A stretch of DNA of 63,812 nt, filler included, from Octopus bimaculoides (lineage: Eukaryota), in assembly GCF_001194135.2 (NCBI RefSeq). It is 6 parts of 5 records of this genome, joined end to end, with 100 filler letters (N's around TTAATTAATTAA, not from the genome) between each part and the next. Parts side by side here need not be neighbours in the genome. Positions count along the whole stretch, not along the records: positions 33,443 to 46,271 come from NC_068998.1; positions 46,372 to 54,521 come from NC_068982.1; 4 more parts are not named here. One strand, written 5' to 3'. The stretch's first letter is position 1; each line of letters opens with the position of its first letter. This document shows positions 38,900 to 52,453 of the stretch, in pieces. The notes beneath the pieces were generated by a model. The model saw only the letters and a list, made by a program, of their open reading frames with translations. It was not told where the DNA came from and searched no databases. A program made the position numbers and the translations under genes.

Positions 38900-39300
38900 T
38901 GAATATAAGGCCCTCACTCCCTATGGACACTGTTCTCTACTCTAGGCTGTCTTTTCCGATTCTCTCCAGTTGAATCCCTGCTTTCTTAGCCCTGTTTCAT
39001 TGTCCCACCTCCAGCTATTTTTAGGGCGTACTCTCTTGCACCTCCGTTGTGGGTTCAGGGCGTGTAATGCAGGGAGTTCGTTTCCTTAACGTGTGACCAA
39101 TCCATCCTTTCAAATTTCCCTGCACTGCATCATATGTTTTCCCGAAGAAATGCTTGCCTATCTCAGGTCTTTGTGGTTCTAAATTCTTATCGATGCTTTT
39201 GTAACTTTGCTAGGGTGTAGGCCCTACGAAAATCCATTTTTAACTCTGGGAAGAGATGTCCCATATGAATCTGGCCTCTATCTTTTGATCTGTCTAGCAT
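38900..39300 (-). mobile_element. RTE-type LINE 3' coding remnant
   Basis: Minus strand GWIGHTLRK...CITR (39107-39070) followed by a decayed NP.GKRKRGRPKN-like segment, the typical RTE C-terminal motif. Confidence 0.7.
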
Positions 39301-39422
39301 GGGAAGTCCTACCAGGAGCTTGTGCCCAACTAGCATAGCTCTCAGGGTCACTGGGGTGCAACAAGGGATTGGATTTTGTGGTGGTTATCAACAGTAAGGG
39401 TCACCGATATTAAGGGTTGTGG

Positions 39423-39640
39423 AAGGACGGCGAGCTGACCAGAATCGTTAGCATTCCAGGAAAAATGGTTTGCAGTGTTTCGTCTGTCTTTACGTTTTGA
39501 GTGCAAATTCCGCCGAGATCGACTTTACCGTTCGTCCTTTCGGGATCAATAAAATAAGTACCAAATGAACACGGTGGTAGATGATATTGACTTATCCCCT
39601 CTCTCGAAATTGCTGGCCTTGTGACAAAACTTGAAACCAA
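39423..39640 (+). mobile_element. Family A SINE
   Basis: GGACGGCGAGCTGACCAGAATCGTTAGC...AAATTGCTGGCCTTGTGACAAAACTTGAAACC. Confidence 0.85.
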
Positions 39641-39744
39641 TATTAAATGCTGTGAATCCGAGTCGTTAACAAACTGATTTCTCCAACGTTATATGATTTC
39701 TTTCCGTTTGGTTCCACAAAATAAAACAGTGTAAAGGACGTGGG

Positions 39745-39900
39745 GAATGAAGACGCATGGTCAAGCGGTCAGGGAGGTGCGCTCATGATCGTAAGATTGT
39801 GGTTTCGATACTTGACCAAGTGGTACGTTGTGTTCTTGAGCAAAATAGCACATTTTCTCGTTACTCCAGTTCACTCGGCTGGTAATTAGTTCCAGCACTA
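39745..39900 (+). mobile_element. Diverged tRNA-derived SINE head and core (different family)
   Basis: GACGCATGGTCAAGCGGTCAGGG...GGTTTCGATAC...GTTGTGTTCTTGAGCAAAA: tRNA-like A/B boxes followed by a V/Meta-like core (recalled similarity). Confidence 0.55.
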
Positions 39901-40992
39901 CTTTGGGAGTTTAACCCTTCAACGGGGCGGCGTTGAGTTCAACGATGAATGTTGTAATTATAATCATTTATTCGCTAGGGAAACCGGATAAAGCTCCGGC
40001 TTTTTGAGTCCTAAGGCTCATGGCAGGCTCTGAAATGCGTGGGGGTGATAAGCCCTGAAGGGTGTGGGTGACAGGTCCTGAAGGACGTGAGTGACAGATC
40101 CCGGAGGACGTGGGGTACTGAATCGGACACAGCCTATTGGGTTTTTATAGTAACATCTTAAGGGTTACAGTCAAAATAAAGCCCCTTCTGATTTCGAATT
40201 TATATTGTAGAAAGGGGAAGTAAATAAAGTTAGGGTCACTTGGTTGCGCGGGGAGAGTCGTGTTGAAGAGGCCGAGAAGGCTTTGGATCCTACATTTTAA
40301 AGGGGTTTTGAAACATTTATCAGTGTTAGTTTAAACCAGCCATATCCGGTCCTTCTATTTTGTAGCTGATATGGCCATCTGTTGCTGTTGTTGCCGGTTT
40401 AGAGTTTAGCCCCTGGTAATCTGATTGAACGGAACTATTATCAACTCCCATCCGTGACTATCATGTCTTTTAAGGAGTATCTAAGACTTTATTATCTAAT
40501 GTATAATCTATTTACTTCAAGACAGAATGGTGTGACTTGAGGGCAAGCTGGTTGTTATTTGTAGCTGGTTGAGCACTCTTGATGAATCGAGTCTCGAAAT
40601 TTTAGATCATTGAGTTAATCCTCTCAATTATGAGGTATCTAATTTGTGTATTAAATAAACAACTTAAATTTAATGTCTGTAAACCCAAGAGGTTTTATTA
40701 TTTCGAGGGGTCGGTGCTCAAGTTCGATTTCCTGGCAGGAAGCAGAAGGTGAAGATACATACACTTCCTGGATGGAACGCAGGTTTATCTTAATACAAGT
40801 ATTTCCTTGGGGCAATGTAGAATAAAGTGCTCTGGCCAGTTGTATTTCTGCGCTCTCGTTACTTAAATCTACATAACGGAAATGAATAGCGACGGATTTG
40901 AACTCGCGCCTTTGAAGGACATATAGTCTTGCATCTTATTTCTTCCTTCCCTCTGCCATCTCACCACATTCATATCTGTTGCTACATGAATA

Positions 40993-41037
<45 letters not shown>

Positions 41038-41684
41038 TGTGAGTGTGTGTGTGTGTGTGTGTGCTTGTGTGTGTGAAGCAGCATTTACATCATAAAAATC
41101 TAGAAACTTCGAGAGAACGTGTATTCATCTTTAATGGTTGCACTCGAAGGAGATACAGCTATAAATGAATAAGTAAGATTTGCACTCTTTTATCTATAGC
41201 TTTATCCAGTTCGAGTTCAGCTATTGTCAACACATTATAAAGCAACACAACAATGTTAAGACACACGATAGCATATAAGACACCACAATAATAAATGTAA
41301 GTGGCATGATATTACGATATTAAACCATGACTTAATTCCTGTTTTACTAGAGTTGATATCCATTGCCATTCGCCATTTAAAATATCGTATTGTATTTTAG
41401 AATTAAATATTATTAGGAACTTAACAGAAAAACTGTTAAGATATTTTGTGGCCTGGAGTAGTATAACCAATTTATTGCACAGAAAGTTTAACAACAAAAT
41501 CTTACAGGGACCCTTACCAGTCATGTGGACCCCACTCACCAGTTGAGGATCTCTGATTGAAACGTTTGTGATACTTAACACTGTTGCTATTACACTGTTG
41601 CTTAATAAATTATAATAAAGGGTACAGTTACTAAATCAATTTTGCTACTACTTAATGGAATGTTCTATATTTAATATTGGATTC

Positions 41685-41865
41685 AACTTTTGGCACAAGG
41701 CCAGCAATATCGTGGGGAAGGGTTAAGTCGATTACAACGACCCCAGTGTTCAACTGCTACTTATTTTATCGACCCCCCCCCCCGAAAGCGATGAAAAGCA
41801 AAGTCGACCTCGGTGGGATTTGAACACAGGACGTGAAGACAGACGAAATGTCGCCGAGTATTTCA
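41685..41865 (-). mobile_element. Family A SINE
   Basis: TTTTGGCACAAGGCCAGCAA...GCAAAGTCGACCTCGGTGGGATTTGAAC. Confidence 0.85.
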
Positions 41866-42350
41866 TCCATTATAGTTAATTCATAGTTCCCCTGGGAATG
41901 GAACGAGTATCATACTCAAATCCCTCTGTGCTAATGCACGAAATTCATGGCCCCTAATTCACTCTGTAACTTCTGCCTAATAATAATAATAAAAACATAT
42001 CTATTTCCGTATCTCTCCATCTATATATTGGTGAAGCACTAAACGTGCTTAACCCAAGATGTTGAGTCGAACTCAAACAAGCCTTGACTACAATAGCATA
42101 TTGTCTTTATCATATGTTAGGGTATATATTTTATATGGTAAGAGATACAATATATTCTGTATTGTCTTTATAATATATATACCTCATACAGACAGTGTGT
42201 ATATATATATATATATATATATTAGTCGGTATGATGTGCGAGGGATACATATACATTGTACACAGACTGTATAAGGTGTTTAAGTATATATTGTGTATAT
42301 ATGTATGTGTTGGGTATATATGGCACATATTCTGCATGACGCGTGTGCGT

Positions 42351-42412
<62 letters not shown>

Positions 42413-43739
42413 GTGTATATATATATATATAGTGTATGGGTGTGTGGGTATATATTGCACACAGCATGTATGAAAGAGGCGACGAGATAATTTCCGACAA
42501 TCAGTAATAGGGAAGTGATTTCGATTCTTAACCGAAGCTAATTCACTTAACAAGATGACCTTAACTACGCCGTCAAAAACAAATCATGAACATCACAACG
42601 TAACAATTACTGCAACGAGGAAACCTCGACCTAACAGATATTGCAGCCAAACCTCCCTCAAATTACATCTGGTCCTCTTAAAAATAGATGTAACTTATTA
42701 GATAATGTAGTTCTTGATGTCTGAAAAGTTATGACGGATTGGTCATCGCTGGAAGGACTTTTATTATATCTCTGTTAGGGCCGACGTGGCTTTAAACAAC
42801 TACAAAAGCGGCAAATATCTCGTTAGAAATATACAATGTTTGTCACAGTAAAAATATAAAATCGAAACTATTTCTAAAAAGTGTTTGTATTTCAGTTTTG
42901 ATTCTCAGCTTTATTTCTTTCCCTCTTCACCTAACTTGCTAATATGTTTGGGAAAGGCATGAATGCTTCTCAAAATCACCTCCTATTTATAATGAGGCTA
43001 AAACAAGAATGTTTAATAAAATAACCTCAAAAAATGGAGAGAAAAATGATTCCGATATAAGAGGTCCGTTATAGCTATTTCAATTCTAAAATATAACTAT
43101 TTCGCTTTTATTTAAAAGCAACATAAATCTCCGAGCGAAGCATGAATGTTACAAAATCTCTTTGTTTCCCCATATAAATTAAATCTTTCTTCCTATGTTT
43201 TCACTCAACCATTCTCTTATTTTTAATGAAAACTTTCTTCATTTAAACATATATGTCTTACTCCTTTAACTATCTGCCTTGTAAAAACGAGAAAACATTT
43301 TTTTGCGCTTATGTTTTGCTTAAAAAATATCTTTAATAAAATTTTAAAGCTGGAAAATGTAGGGCTTAATTTCGAAGTGATTTTATTATTTTTAATAAAT
43401 AACTGAAAATAGAAATAATTGTACTTGAATATATAAAAGTTAACCGCTTCTTATATCAACACCATCCAAAATAAAAAAAAATTTAAAAAAATCTCCGAGA
43501 GCTGTAATTGTAATAAAATGCGTTTCGTAATAAATTTTAGGGGTGCCGAATTTATTTAAGCTTCTTGCGAAAGTATCTCCTTGAAATTTAAAGATTATTA
43601 AATTCGGTTTCTTTCTTTTAAAAAAATAGTATTTTAATTTCAATTAATTTAAATCTATCTTTTTAATTAAACGCGTTTAGTTTGTTTAAATACTAATATA
43701 TTTATTAAAGTTATGAGAAGTTACAACAGATTTTTCGTA

Positions 43740-44360
43740 GATAGTCTGCGCCCTTCTCTAAAAATGACGCCGACTCTAGCCTGAAACCCCTACAGTAAGA
43801 GGTCAGCCGGCTGTCTAATCTATGATTTATGTACATAGAACTACAAATTCAACTAACCGCATCTATATAGTAAGTAAAATACAAACATTAAATCTACTAT
43901 AAAGTTGTTCCGTGTGAACAACAAATGTTGTTTAACTAAAAATGAAAGGTTTTGTGCGATGTCCAGTCATTACCGGAAAACCACGAATAACATTTCAAAT
44001 ATTTCTGTTACTGAACTGAGGTATTTTTGTCTATTATACAAATATTTTTCAGAATAAAATAAAACTTTTAAAAGTATTTTCAAAAATAAACATTATGTAT
44101 AAATATATTTGAGTTTTTAGAAAGCGATCTGATAAGTTCGACCAGGATCCAGGTCGATAGGAAAATATCCGGAGTGCGGCTATCCTCGGTCAAGCAGAAC
44201 ACATCTTCTAAATGGAGAAAAAAACGGGAAGCACCGTCTAACAAAGCCTCCAGAAGTTCAAGGGGAGATAAATCACAGAGACTATTTAGCAAGAGTAAGA
44301 AAACTTTGATGTAAAGTTGAGAAAAAACTCCACAAAACACGAGTTTTACCCGGAAGTTTT
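43740..44360. promoter_or_regulatory. Candidate promoter/5' region (CpG-containing island in a repeat-free AT-rich zone)
   Basis: ETS motif CCGGAAGT at 44350-44357, YY1-like AAAATGACGCC at ~43761, local CpG enrichment and two GTAAGA donors (43795, 44295). Confidence 0.35.
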
Positions 44361-45507
44361 GCGAGTTTTTCTCGTCAAAACATTCAATTTTTAAATAGAC
44401 TTTTCGATAAAATTTATTATTTATGATAAACACTGGATAAATTATACAAAATTTAACTTATTTAATATATATTAATATTATAAAGTTTAAGCAGAAACTA
44501 GTTAAGAAGTGAGTATCAATGGATTTAAAAATTAAAATTTCACTTCCCCGATACTCTCCATAATGGAATCGGCATTAAAACTTCAATTTCTATTTTAACT
44601 TCACAAGAGTTTAATTTTTTTTCAACTAATCTATGAAATATTTACTACAGAAAATAAATTAATTCTAGTTAATTCTCTCAAAAGTTAAACAATTTCAATA
44701 ACTTCATTAGTTTATATGATTATTAGTATTATTAATTTAATTACTACCTTATTAACGGATAATTGTTCTTATAAAACCCTTCTTTTTCATGTGTAAATTT
44801 CTTTAATTACTTTTATTAAAATCTCCAAAATTATAGACACGGTTGCAAAGAACAGCGAGTCAGATATATTTATGAAATATCATTATAGACATGACAAAGA
44901 AAATAATAACAGTAATAAAACGCACAGAAAATACACAAATTCGTAATTATTAAATTTCTAAATTAAAATTTCTTACAAGTTTCTGTTTTGCAGAACAAAA
45001 ACTGTTATTTCAATAATGTAACATTGAAAAATTAAACGTTTTATATCGAACGATGGAGTTAGAACAGAAAATATTACTGACTCAGAGCTGTAGCAGATCG
45101 CCATTGTTCGAGTCTTTTCTTTGTTTTAAAATGTCTTGACTGGTTATTTTCTAACTAGAATATTATACTAACGTTACAGCAGATTAATATTAAAATATAT
45201 TACAATCTTCTTTGTTACTAAGAAACCACAGAAGCAATGAATTCAACATTAGCTTGAACAGAATCAACAAGCCGGGCTAAAAGATTTGCCAAGAAAATTT
45301 GTGAAAGAATAGAATAAAGAAAGAGAGAGAGAAAAAAATAAACAAAACAACAATTGAGCCTATTCCATATGGATGAAATATGGATTAAAAAAAACTATTT
45401 TTTGTTTATTGCGCCTTTTGGGCAGATTGAAAGGGTTAGATTTAGCATGAAACAACACCTTGCTTGTATGACTCTTTAATCAGCCGTCCTCAGCCCCCTG
45501 CCGCGTC

Positions 45508-45619
45508 CTACAATCGAATGAGGGGGGCCAAGCTCTCCTGTTGGTCGCAGCAGGATTTGGAGTTGGGGGTATTATATTCGCTTTCACTGTGGTCCGAGTA
45601 GAAGGGGGAGAAGGAGAAG
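45508..45619 (-). CDS. Candidate terminal coding exon, product unidentified
   Basis: Acceptor tcttttttcttcccccag|C; frame FSFSPFYSDHSESEYNTPNSKSCCDQQESLAPLIRL* with mostly C/G third positions; AATAAA on the minus strand at 45410-45405. No homology recognised. Confidence 0.3.
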
Positions 45620-46271
45620 CTGGGGGAAGAAAAAAGATCGAATAAAATAAAATGTAAAAGAGATGAGTGCTGCTACAACAGTTGGTGCTCGTCACATGTA
45701 TAGTAACTGGAATGAGCCCACTTGATGTATGTTAATCAGGAAGAAAATTGACTTTGCTTGCAGCTGTAAGGTTGCATGCACAAAAGAAGATCGGTTCCGG
45801 TAGATGCGCAAAGAAACACGGGAGTAGATTCACAGTAAATTGACCAAGCACAAGACAAAGATGTTTGGAATAGAGACTTTCTAATGCGACATTTCGGTTG
45901 TTGTCAAAAAATAATCAAGGCAAAGCCCCAGCTGGGATATCGTTTGCTTTGTGTTGATTTATCCGTGACTTGTCTTCGTGTGATGAAGGAGAGAAAGGAA
46001 AATCAGGGAAGAATAAAAAAAAAAAAAGGAAAAAGAGATGAAGGAAAAATGTAAAATAAATAAAAAGAAAAATTTTAGAAAGGGGAAAAAAATGCTAGAC
46101 GCAAGAACACATTCTAAAATCGCCATAACTTTTGAAAGGTCTTTCTTTCCGTTTACAAAGCTTGCTTCATGATATATCTTTGTCTTTGTGTACTCGACAA
46201 AAACTGATATAATGAGAAAATCTGTGTTCCTTTTAGAAACACGCTGTCTATTTTTTTTTATTGTCACTAAC

Positions 46272-46371
46272 NNNNNNNNNNNNNNNNNNNNNNNNNNNNN
46301 NNNNNNNNNNNNNNNTTAATTAATTAANNNNNNNNNNNNNNNNNNNNNNNNNNNNNNNNNNNNNNNNNNNN
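46272..46371. other. Artificial scaffolding join
   Basis: Same 44N-TTAATTAATTAA-44N structure. Confidence 0.95.
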
Positions 46372-46784
46372 CTCCATTAAGAAAATTTTTTAAATATAAT
46401 AATGATTAATGTTTTTAAAATGGAAATGTTACTCATTTCAAAGAAGCCTTGAAAGAAGTAATATTTACATTTTAAAAACATTAATCATGACAAGATCCTG
46501 AAGTCTGTTAAGTGAGAAGTGATACTGTCACTTCTTACTCAAATAAACTGTAAGATCCTGTTGACTACATCTGAGAGAACTCATCACATCATACAATGTC
46601 CTCCCAATAATTACTTTACATTCCCAGTATAATCAAAATGACTAATGTTTAGGGCCAACAAATATTTTGATGCTACTAAATCAAAAAAGGAGCCTTTAAA
46701 TATTTACTCAATCTTCTAATGTAACATTTTTTTTGTTTTTTGTCTTTTCTCAGTAAGTGTTCTTTCCCATTTCCTTTTATCTAG

Positions 46785-46856
46785 AAACCAAAGGAAATGA
46801 CAAGTATTCTCTTCAAACTTTGCACTTATGACCTGGACATCAATGTTATGAAAGTG
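46785..46856 (+). CDS. Candidate 72-nt internal exon, product unidentified
   Basis: Strong acceptor tttcccatttccttttatctag|; only the phase-0 frame is open (KPKEMTSILFKLCTYDLDINVMKV); donor GTG|gtatat is moderate. Confidence 0.25.
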
Positions 46857-47285
46857 GTATATGTTTCATTATATTTCAGATAGATTCAGTGCTGAATTGC
46901 TTAAGCAGAAATATTGCTGTAGTAAATATTCTGCTCAATACTGCAGATTTGCTTGTCAGTTGCTTGACCTTAAACACTTGAGCATGTCCTTTAGTGGCTG
47001 ACAATATGTGTATCTCTGATCATGAGCAGGAGTAGTGGGGGAACATCAGTCATATGTGGAAAGGGATTCTTCAGAGTTTGAATAAATGTAACCAAAGCCA
47101 CATTCGAAGGAAATATTAGTCATTTTCCATACTTTCTAGGGATAAGCAAACAGGAAATAACAGCTGCTACCAAAGGACAAAAATCCTGTTACACAGTGTA
47201 ATAGCAGCTAAATATCCCTCGAATTACACCCTATCATTGTCATCATCATTGTTTAATACTTGTTTTCTATGCATCGGTTGGGTTT

Positions 47286-47667
47286 GTGGAGGCGCAATGG
47301 CCCAGTGGTTAGGGCAGCAGACTCACGGCCATAGGATCGCGGTTTTGATTCCCAGACCGGGCGTTGTGAGTGTTTATTGAGCGAAAACACCTAAAAGCTC
47401 CATGAGGCTCCTGCAGGGGATGGTGGCGAACCCTGCTGTACTCTTTCACTACAACTTTCTCTCACTCTTACTTCCTGTTTCTGTTGTGCCTGTAATTCAA
47501 AGGGTCAGCCTTGTCACACAGTGTCATGCTGAATCTCCCCGAGAACTACGTTAAGGGCACATGTGTCTGTGGAGTGCTCAGCCACTTGCACATTAATTTC
47601 ACGAGCAGGCTGTTTCGTTGATCGGATCAACTGGAACCCTCGACGTCGTAAGCGACGGAGTGCAAAC
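47286..47667 (+). mobile_element. tRNA-derived SINE, family C (full length, CpG-decayed)
   Basis: Colinear with the 13271 copy but with several CG->TG/CA changes. Confidence 0.9.
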
Positions 47668-48084
47668 AAGAACATGCATGGATTGGAGAGTTCAGGAGCT
47701 GATAAGCCAGAAGACTGCACCAAGCTTCACTGTCTGCTTTGGCATGGATTTCTATGGCTGGATGTCCTTCCTAATATCCACCACTTTATAGTGTACTGGG
47801 TGGTTTTTACATAGCACCAGCACAAGTGTGCTTACCAAGTAACTTGCCAAATAAGACCCCTCAACTGAAAAGGTGGGCAGTATTTCTGAGGGAGATGGCT
47901 ACAAGCCAGATTATGAGAGGTTAAAGTATAGAAGGGCAGAAATAGGTGTCTTGCAGTAAAGGAGATGCATAGCTACCCCAGTTGTGAAAGGAGAGAAGTT
48001 AGTGAAGAAATGTCAGTGTATCCAAAAAAAGGAATGCATTAAATAATGTACTCTAGTATACGAAAAAATTAAAAACACAGAATG

Positions 48085-48575
48085 GCATTGATTACAAGAC
48101 TTTCAGATTTTTTCTGTTTGGCTTCACTTTATGAAATTTTAAAATGAAGTGAAAATTTTCAAATTTGGTGTATTGATGTAATTTTTCACACAGAATCTGA
48201 TGTTGAGATTCAATTGTTCCAGAAAAATTTTAGAAAAATGTTACAGAGGTTTAAACTATAGCTCTGACAGCAGCAGATAGGTAAACTATGTGTGATGGGA
48301 CAGGGCAGCAACAGATGAGTAAGTAGACTAATACAACAGCTTTGGCTGTTACTATAAAAACATGCACCAATATATCTGTGGCTTTCAGTTGGCTAAAATT
48401 AATTAACCAAAATTTATAAACTTTAAAAGCTATTAGCTTTTTTATTTACTAATTTCCTTAATTAGCATACAAAACTACATAAATACACCAAATTTGAAAT
48501 CAATTGGAAGAAAATTGAAGGAATTGAGAAATGAAAGCCGAACAGAAGAGATTCAGGCTTTCTAATCAAGACAGA
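48085..48575. mobile_element. Fold-back/MITE-like element with long imperfect inverted arms
   Basis: 48157-48185 matches the reverse complement of 48471-48499 at 27/29. An outer arm 48112-48130 vs 48529-48547 is also complementary. TSD not resolved. Confidence 0.65.
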
Positions 48576-49096
48576 CCCAGAACTAAATAACTGTCTCTTC
48601 ACAACATCTTAACGGGTTTGCAAGCTGTAGTTCAGGAGTATGAACTAAAGTTACTTGTGCAACTTGTTAATATTCAACAGCAATATTTGTTGTTATTTTT
48701 GGAACAAAAAACTGTCAGTACAGTTGAAAAAACTATTTTAAAAATAACATTCATTTCTCAACCAGCATGCAGTATTCTATAAATAAATATGAATTACAAA
48801 ATTTATTGAGGGGAATAAAGAAAATTTCAATGAGCCTTATGTTGTAGACTGTAGTAAAAAAACAATCAAAACCAGACCAATAGATATCGATTTAAAATTT
48901 CCTAAGAATGTCTGAAAATATTCTTAAAGTTTCTAGATCTTTCCGAAATCTACAATGATTTTTCTGAGAGTTTCTTGTACTTTCTTGAAAATTTCATAAC
49001 CAAAAACAAGAAACTACTAGTATATGTTCTACAAAGAAATAATGAAAGGTAATTGTTGGATTAGAATAGAAACAATTACAAATATATATACATACA

Positions 49097-49143
49097 TATA
49101 TACGACGGGCTTCTTTCAGTTTCCGTCTACCAAATCCACTCAC

Positions 49144-49199
<56 letters not shown>

Positions 49200-49432
49200 A
49201 TGTATATGTTTGTGTGTCTGTGTTTGTCCCCCCCCCCCCAACATCGCTTGACAACCAATGCTGGTGTGTTTAATTCCCCGTAACTTAGCAGTTCGGCAAA
49301 AGAGACCGATAGAATAAGTACTAGGCTTACAAAGAATAAATCCTGGTGTCGATTCGCTCGACTAAAGGCGGTGCTCCAGCATGGCTACAGTCAAATGACT
49401 GAAACAAGTAAAAGAGTAAAAGAGTAAAGAGA
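49097..49432. mobile_element. SINE family B copy with an inverted 5' segment
   Basis: 49097-49143 is the family B middle in minus orientation; ~49200-49432 is the family B 3' half in plus orientation; a (TA)n tract joins them. Confidence 0.8.
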
Positions 49433-50604
49433 GTATTATTGTCATTTTTCAGACAATTAACCTTGCCCCACTGAGATTTACCACTCACTGCATTTCCCTC
49501 TATCCCCACCCCTATCCATCAGCCACTTTTCTTCACACTCCCATGAACTTACTTACCCACCCATATCACTTCTCTGATGTTCACCTGACACATCTCCACC
49601 ACCATCTTCTCTCTTTTCCAACTGGAGTAACCATGTATCTATTTCCTCTACTGCAAGACACCTGTTTCTGTCTCTCATCACCTGGCATAAAACCACCTCC
49701 CTCAATACTACTCCCACTTCATTTGAGAGATTGAGGTCTTGTCTTGCAAGCTACTTGGTGACTTCACTAGAGCCAGAGCAATATAAAAAGTACCCAGTAC
49801 ACACTGCAAAATGGTTGGTGTTAAGAAGGACATCCAACCATAGAAACCATGGCAAAACAGATATTAGCATTTAGTGCAGTCCCCTGGCTCACCAGCTCCT
49901 GTTAAACCAGCCAATCTATGCTTTTATGGAAAATGGAAGATGTTAAATGATGATATTGATGATAATGTCTCATTATTAGGTGTCTTTTTCCCTGGATATG
50001 TACTTAGTACCAAACTGAACTTAAAGTAGGAACTAAAAATAATCCAAAACTATATTAATTCCAAATAAGTAATACATATGATCACAGCTAACAACAGATT
50101 TACATGACAAGCAGTTCTTATTGTATAATGGAGATCAAATATAGAAAGAAAAACATAAGTGGCACATGTTTATGATTTCCTTATATCATAAGAGATTAAG
50201 TAGAGGCGAATACAGTAAGGTTGTCTGCAGCATACTCACTTAAGAGCTGCTGGTCATCTTACTTAGATTACAAGAGTTCTTGCTTGCAAATAGAAAATAA
50301 ATTAATTTCTAATTATATCTTAACTATGTCAAAGGAGCCAGCAAAAATATCATGCTGGTGTGCTTTACAGCAGGCACAGGAATGTCAGCCTAAAGCACAA
50401 AGAAAAGAAAAACTGTAATAGTCTTCTCCCATCCAAATTAACAACAAGAGATATTTCAGTCTCTTATACTCTAATATGCCAAAGCACAAACATGGCTGTG
50501 TGGTTAACAAGTTTCCTTTGGAATCACCTGACTAGAGATTCAGTCCCACACTATGAATGTTTTTGGTTGGCAGTCTATACTCTAGCCACAGACCAACCAA
50601 TACC

Positions 50605-50638
<34 letters not shown>

Positions 50639-50789
50639 ACGTATGTATGTATAATGTATGTACATGTGTGTGTCTGTGTTTGTGTGAGTGAATTCAATTG
50701 TCTTTAGATGTGTTTACCGACTGTAAACAAAAGGCTTATTCAAGCAGTGTTGTTTTTCTCCAATCTGGACTGTTACTGTTCAATAGACA

Positions 50790-51650
<861 letters not shown>

Positions 51651-52416
51651 GGGAAATTCAAAGGGAAGGGCTTTATGACTATTCACAATTTAGGAGAGAG
51701 TTAGAAATGAATCAGTAGTAGCTGTGAAGAGATAAATAGCAGTGATGAGGTGTCCAGATAGCACCTTAAGGTACAAGGTGAGTAGAAGTAAGTGAGGATG
51801 GAGAAGCTAGGAGTGTAGGGGTGCAAGGAAATGGAGATAGGAGGCAGGCATCGTCTGTAAGGATTAGGTAAGGTTGAAGGGTAGATGTAGGGGTGAGGAT
51901 TGCCAATGGTGCCTTGATGCAGGTATGAATGTGTGGTTAAGGAGTTTGTTTCCTAAACACATAGTTATTATATTCAGTCCTACTGTGTGGAAATTTGGAC
52001 AAATATTATCTACTATAACCCTATACCAACCAAAGCTTTGCACATGGATTTGGTAGATGGAAATTGAAAGAAGCCTGTCACAAAAAAGAGATTCTGTGTC
52101 TCCTTGTCTTGATATTACATGATAGTTCTAGACAAGTGACACAGTTGGACAAGTGGTGTCCTTTCATGGAAACATGTCCAGCCAGAGAAATTTGTTTCAA
52201 TAAATATCATCTGACCCATGCAAGCACAGAAAGGTGAACATTAAAAAAAATGATAACGATTGTTAAGTGGTTGGTATTAGGGAGAACATCTAGTCTTAGA
52301 AACCATGACAAAGTAGACACTGGAAATTGAAGCAGTCTTTGGACCAGATCCTATCAAACAGTCCAACTTATTCTAGTAAGGAACATGGATGTTAAAGAAA
52401 GACAATGATGACTGAT

Positions 52417-52453
<37 letters not shown>

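Noticed and set aside
44080-44433. 117-aa Leu-rich minus-strand ORF
   Set aside because: No recognisable family. The start lies in AT-rich sequence upstream of the ETS motif, and the frame may simply mirror the open plus-strand frame.
42900-45350. Possible mitochondrial insertion (NUMT) or contaminant, given the extreme AT content
   Set aside because: No recognisable rRNA, tRNA or mitochondrial protein motifs in either strand.
48590-48782. About 60-codon open plus-strand frame (NILTGLQAVVQEYELKLL...)
   Set aside because: No start codon, no suitable acceptor or donor, and no recognisable homology; within chance expectation.
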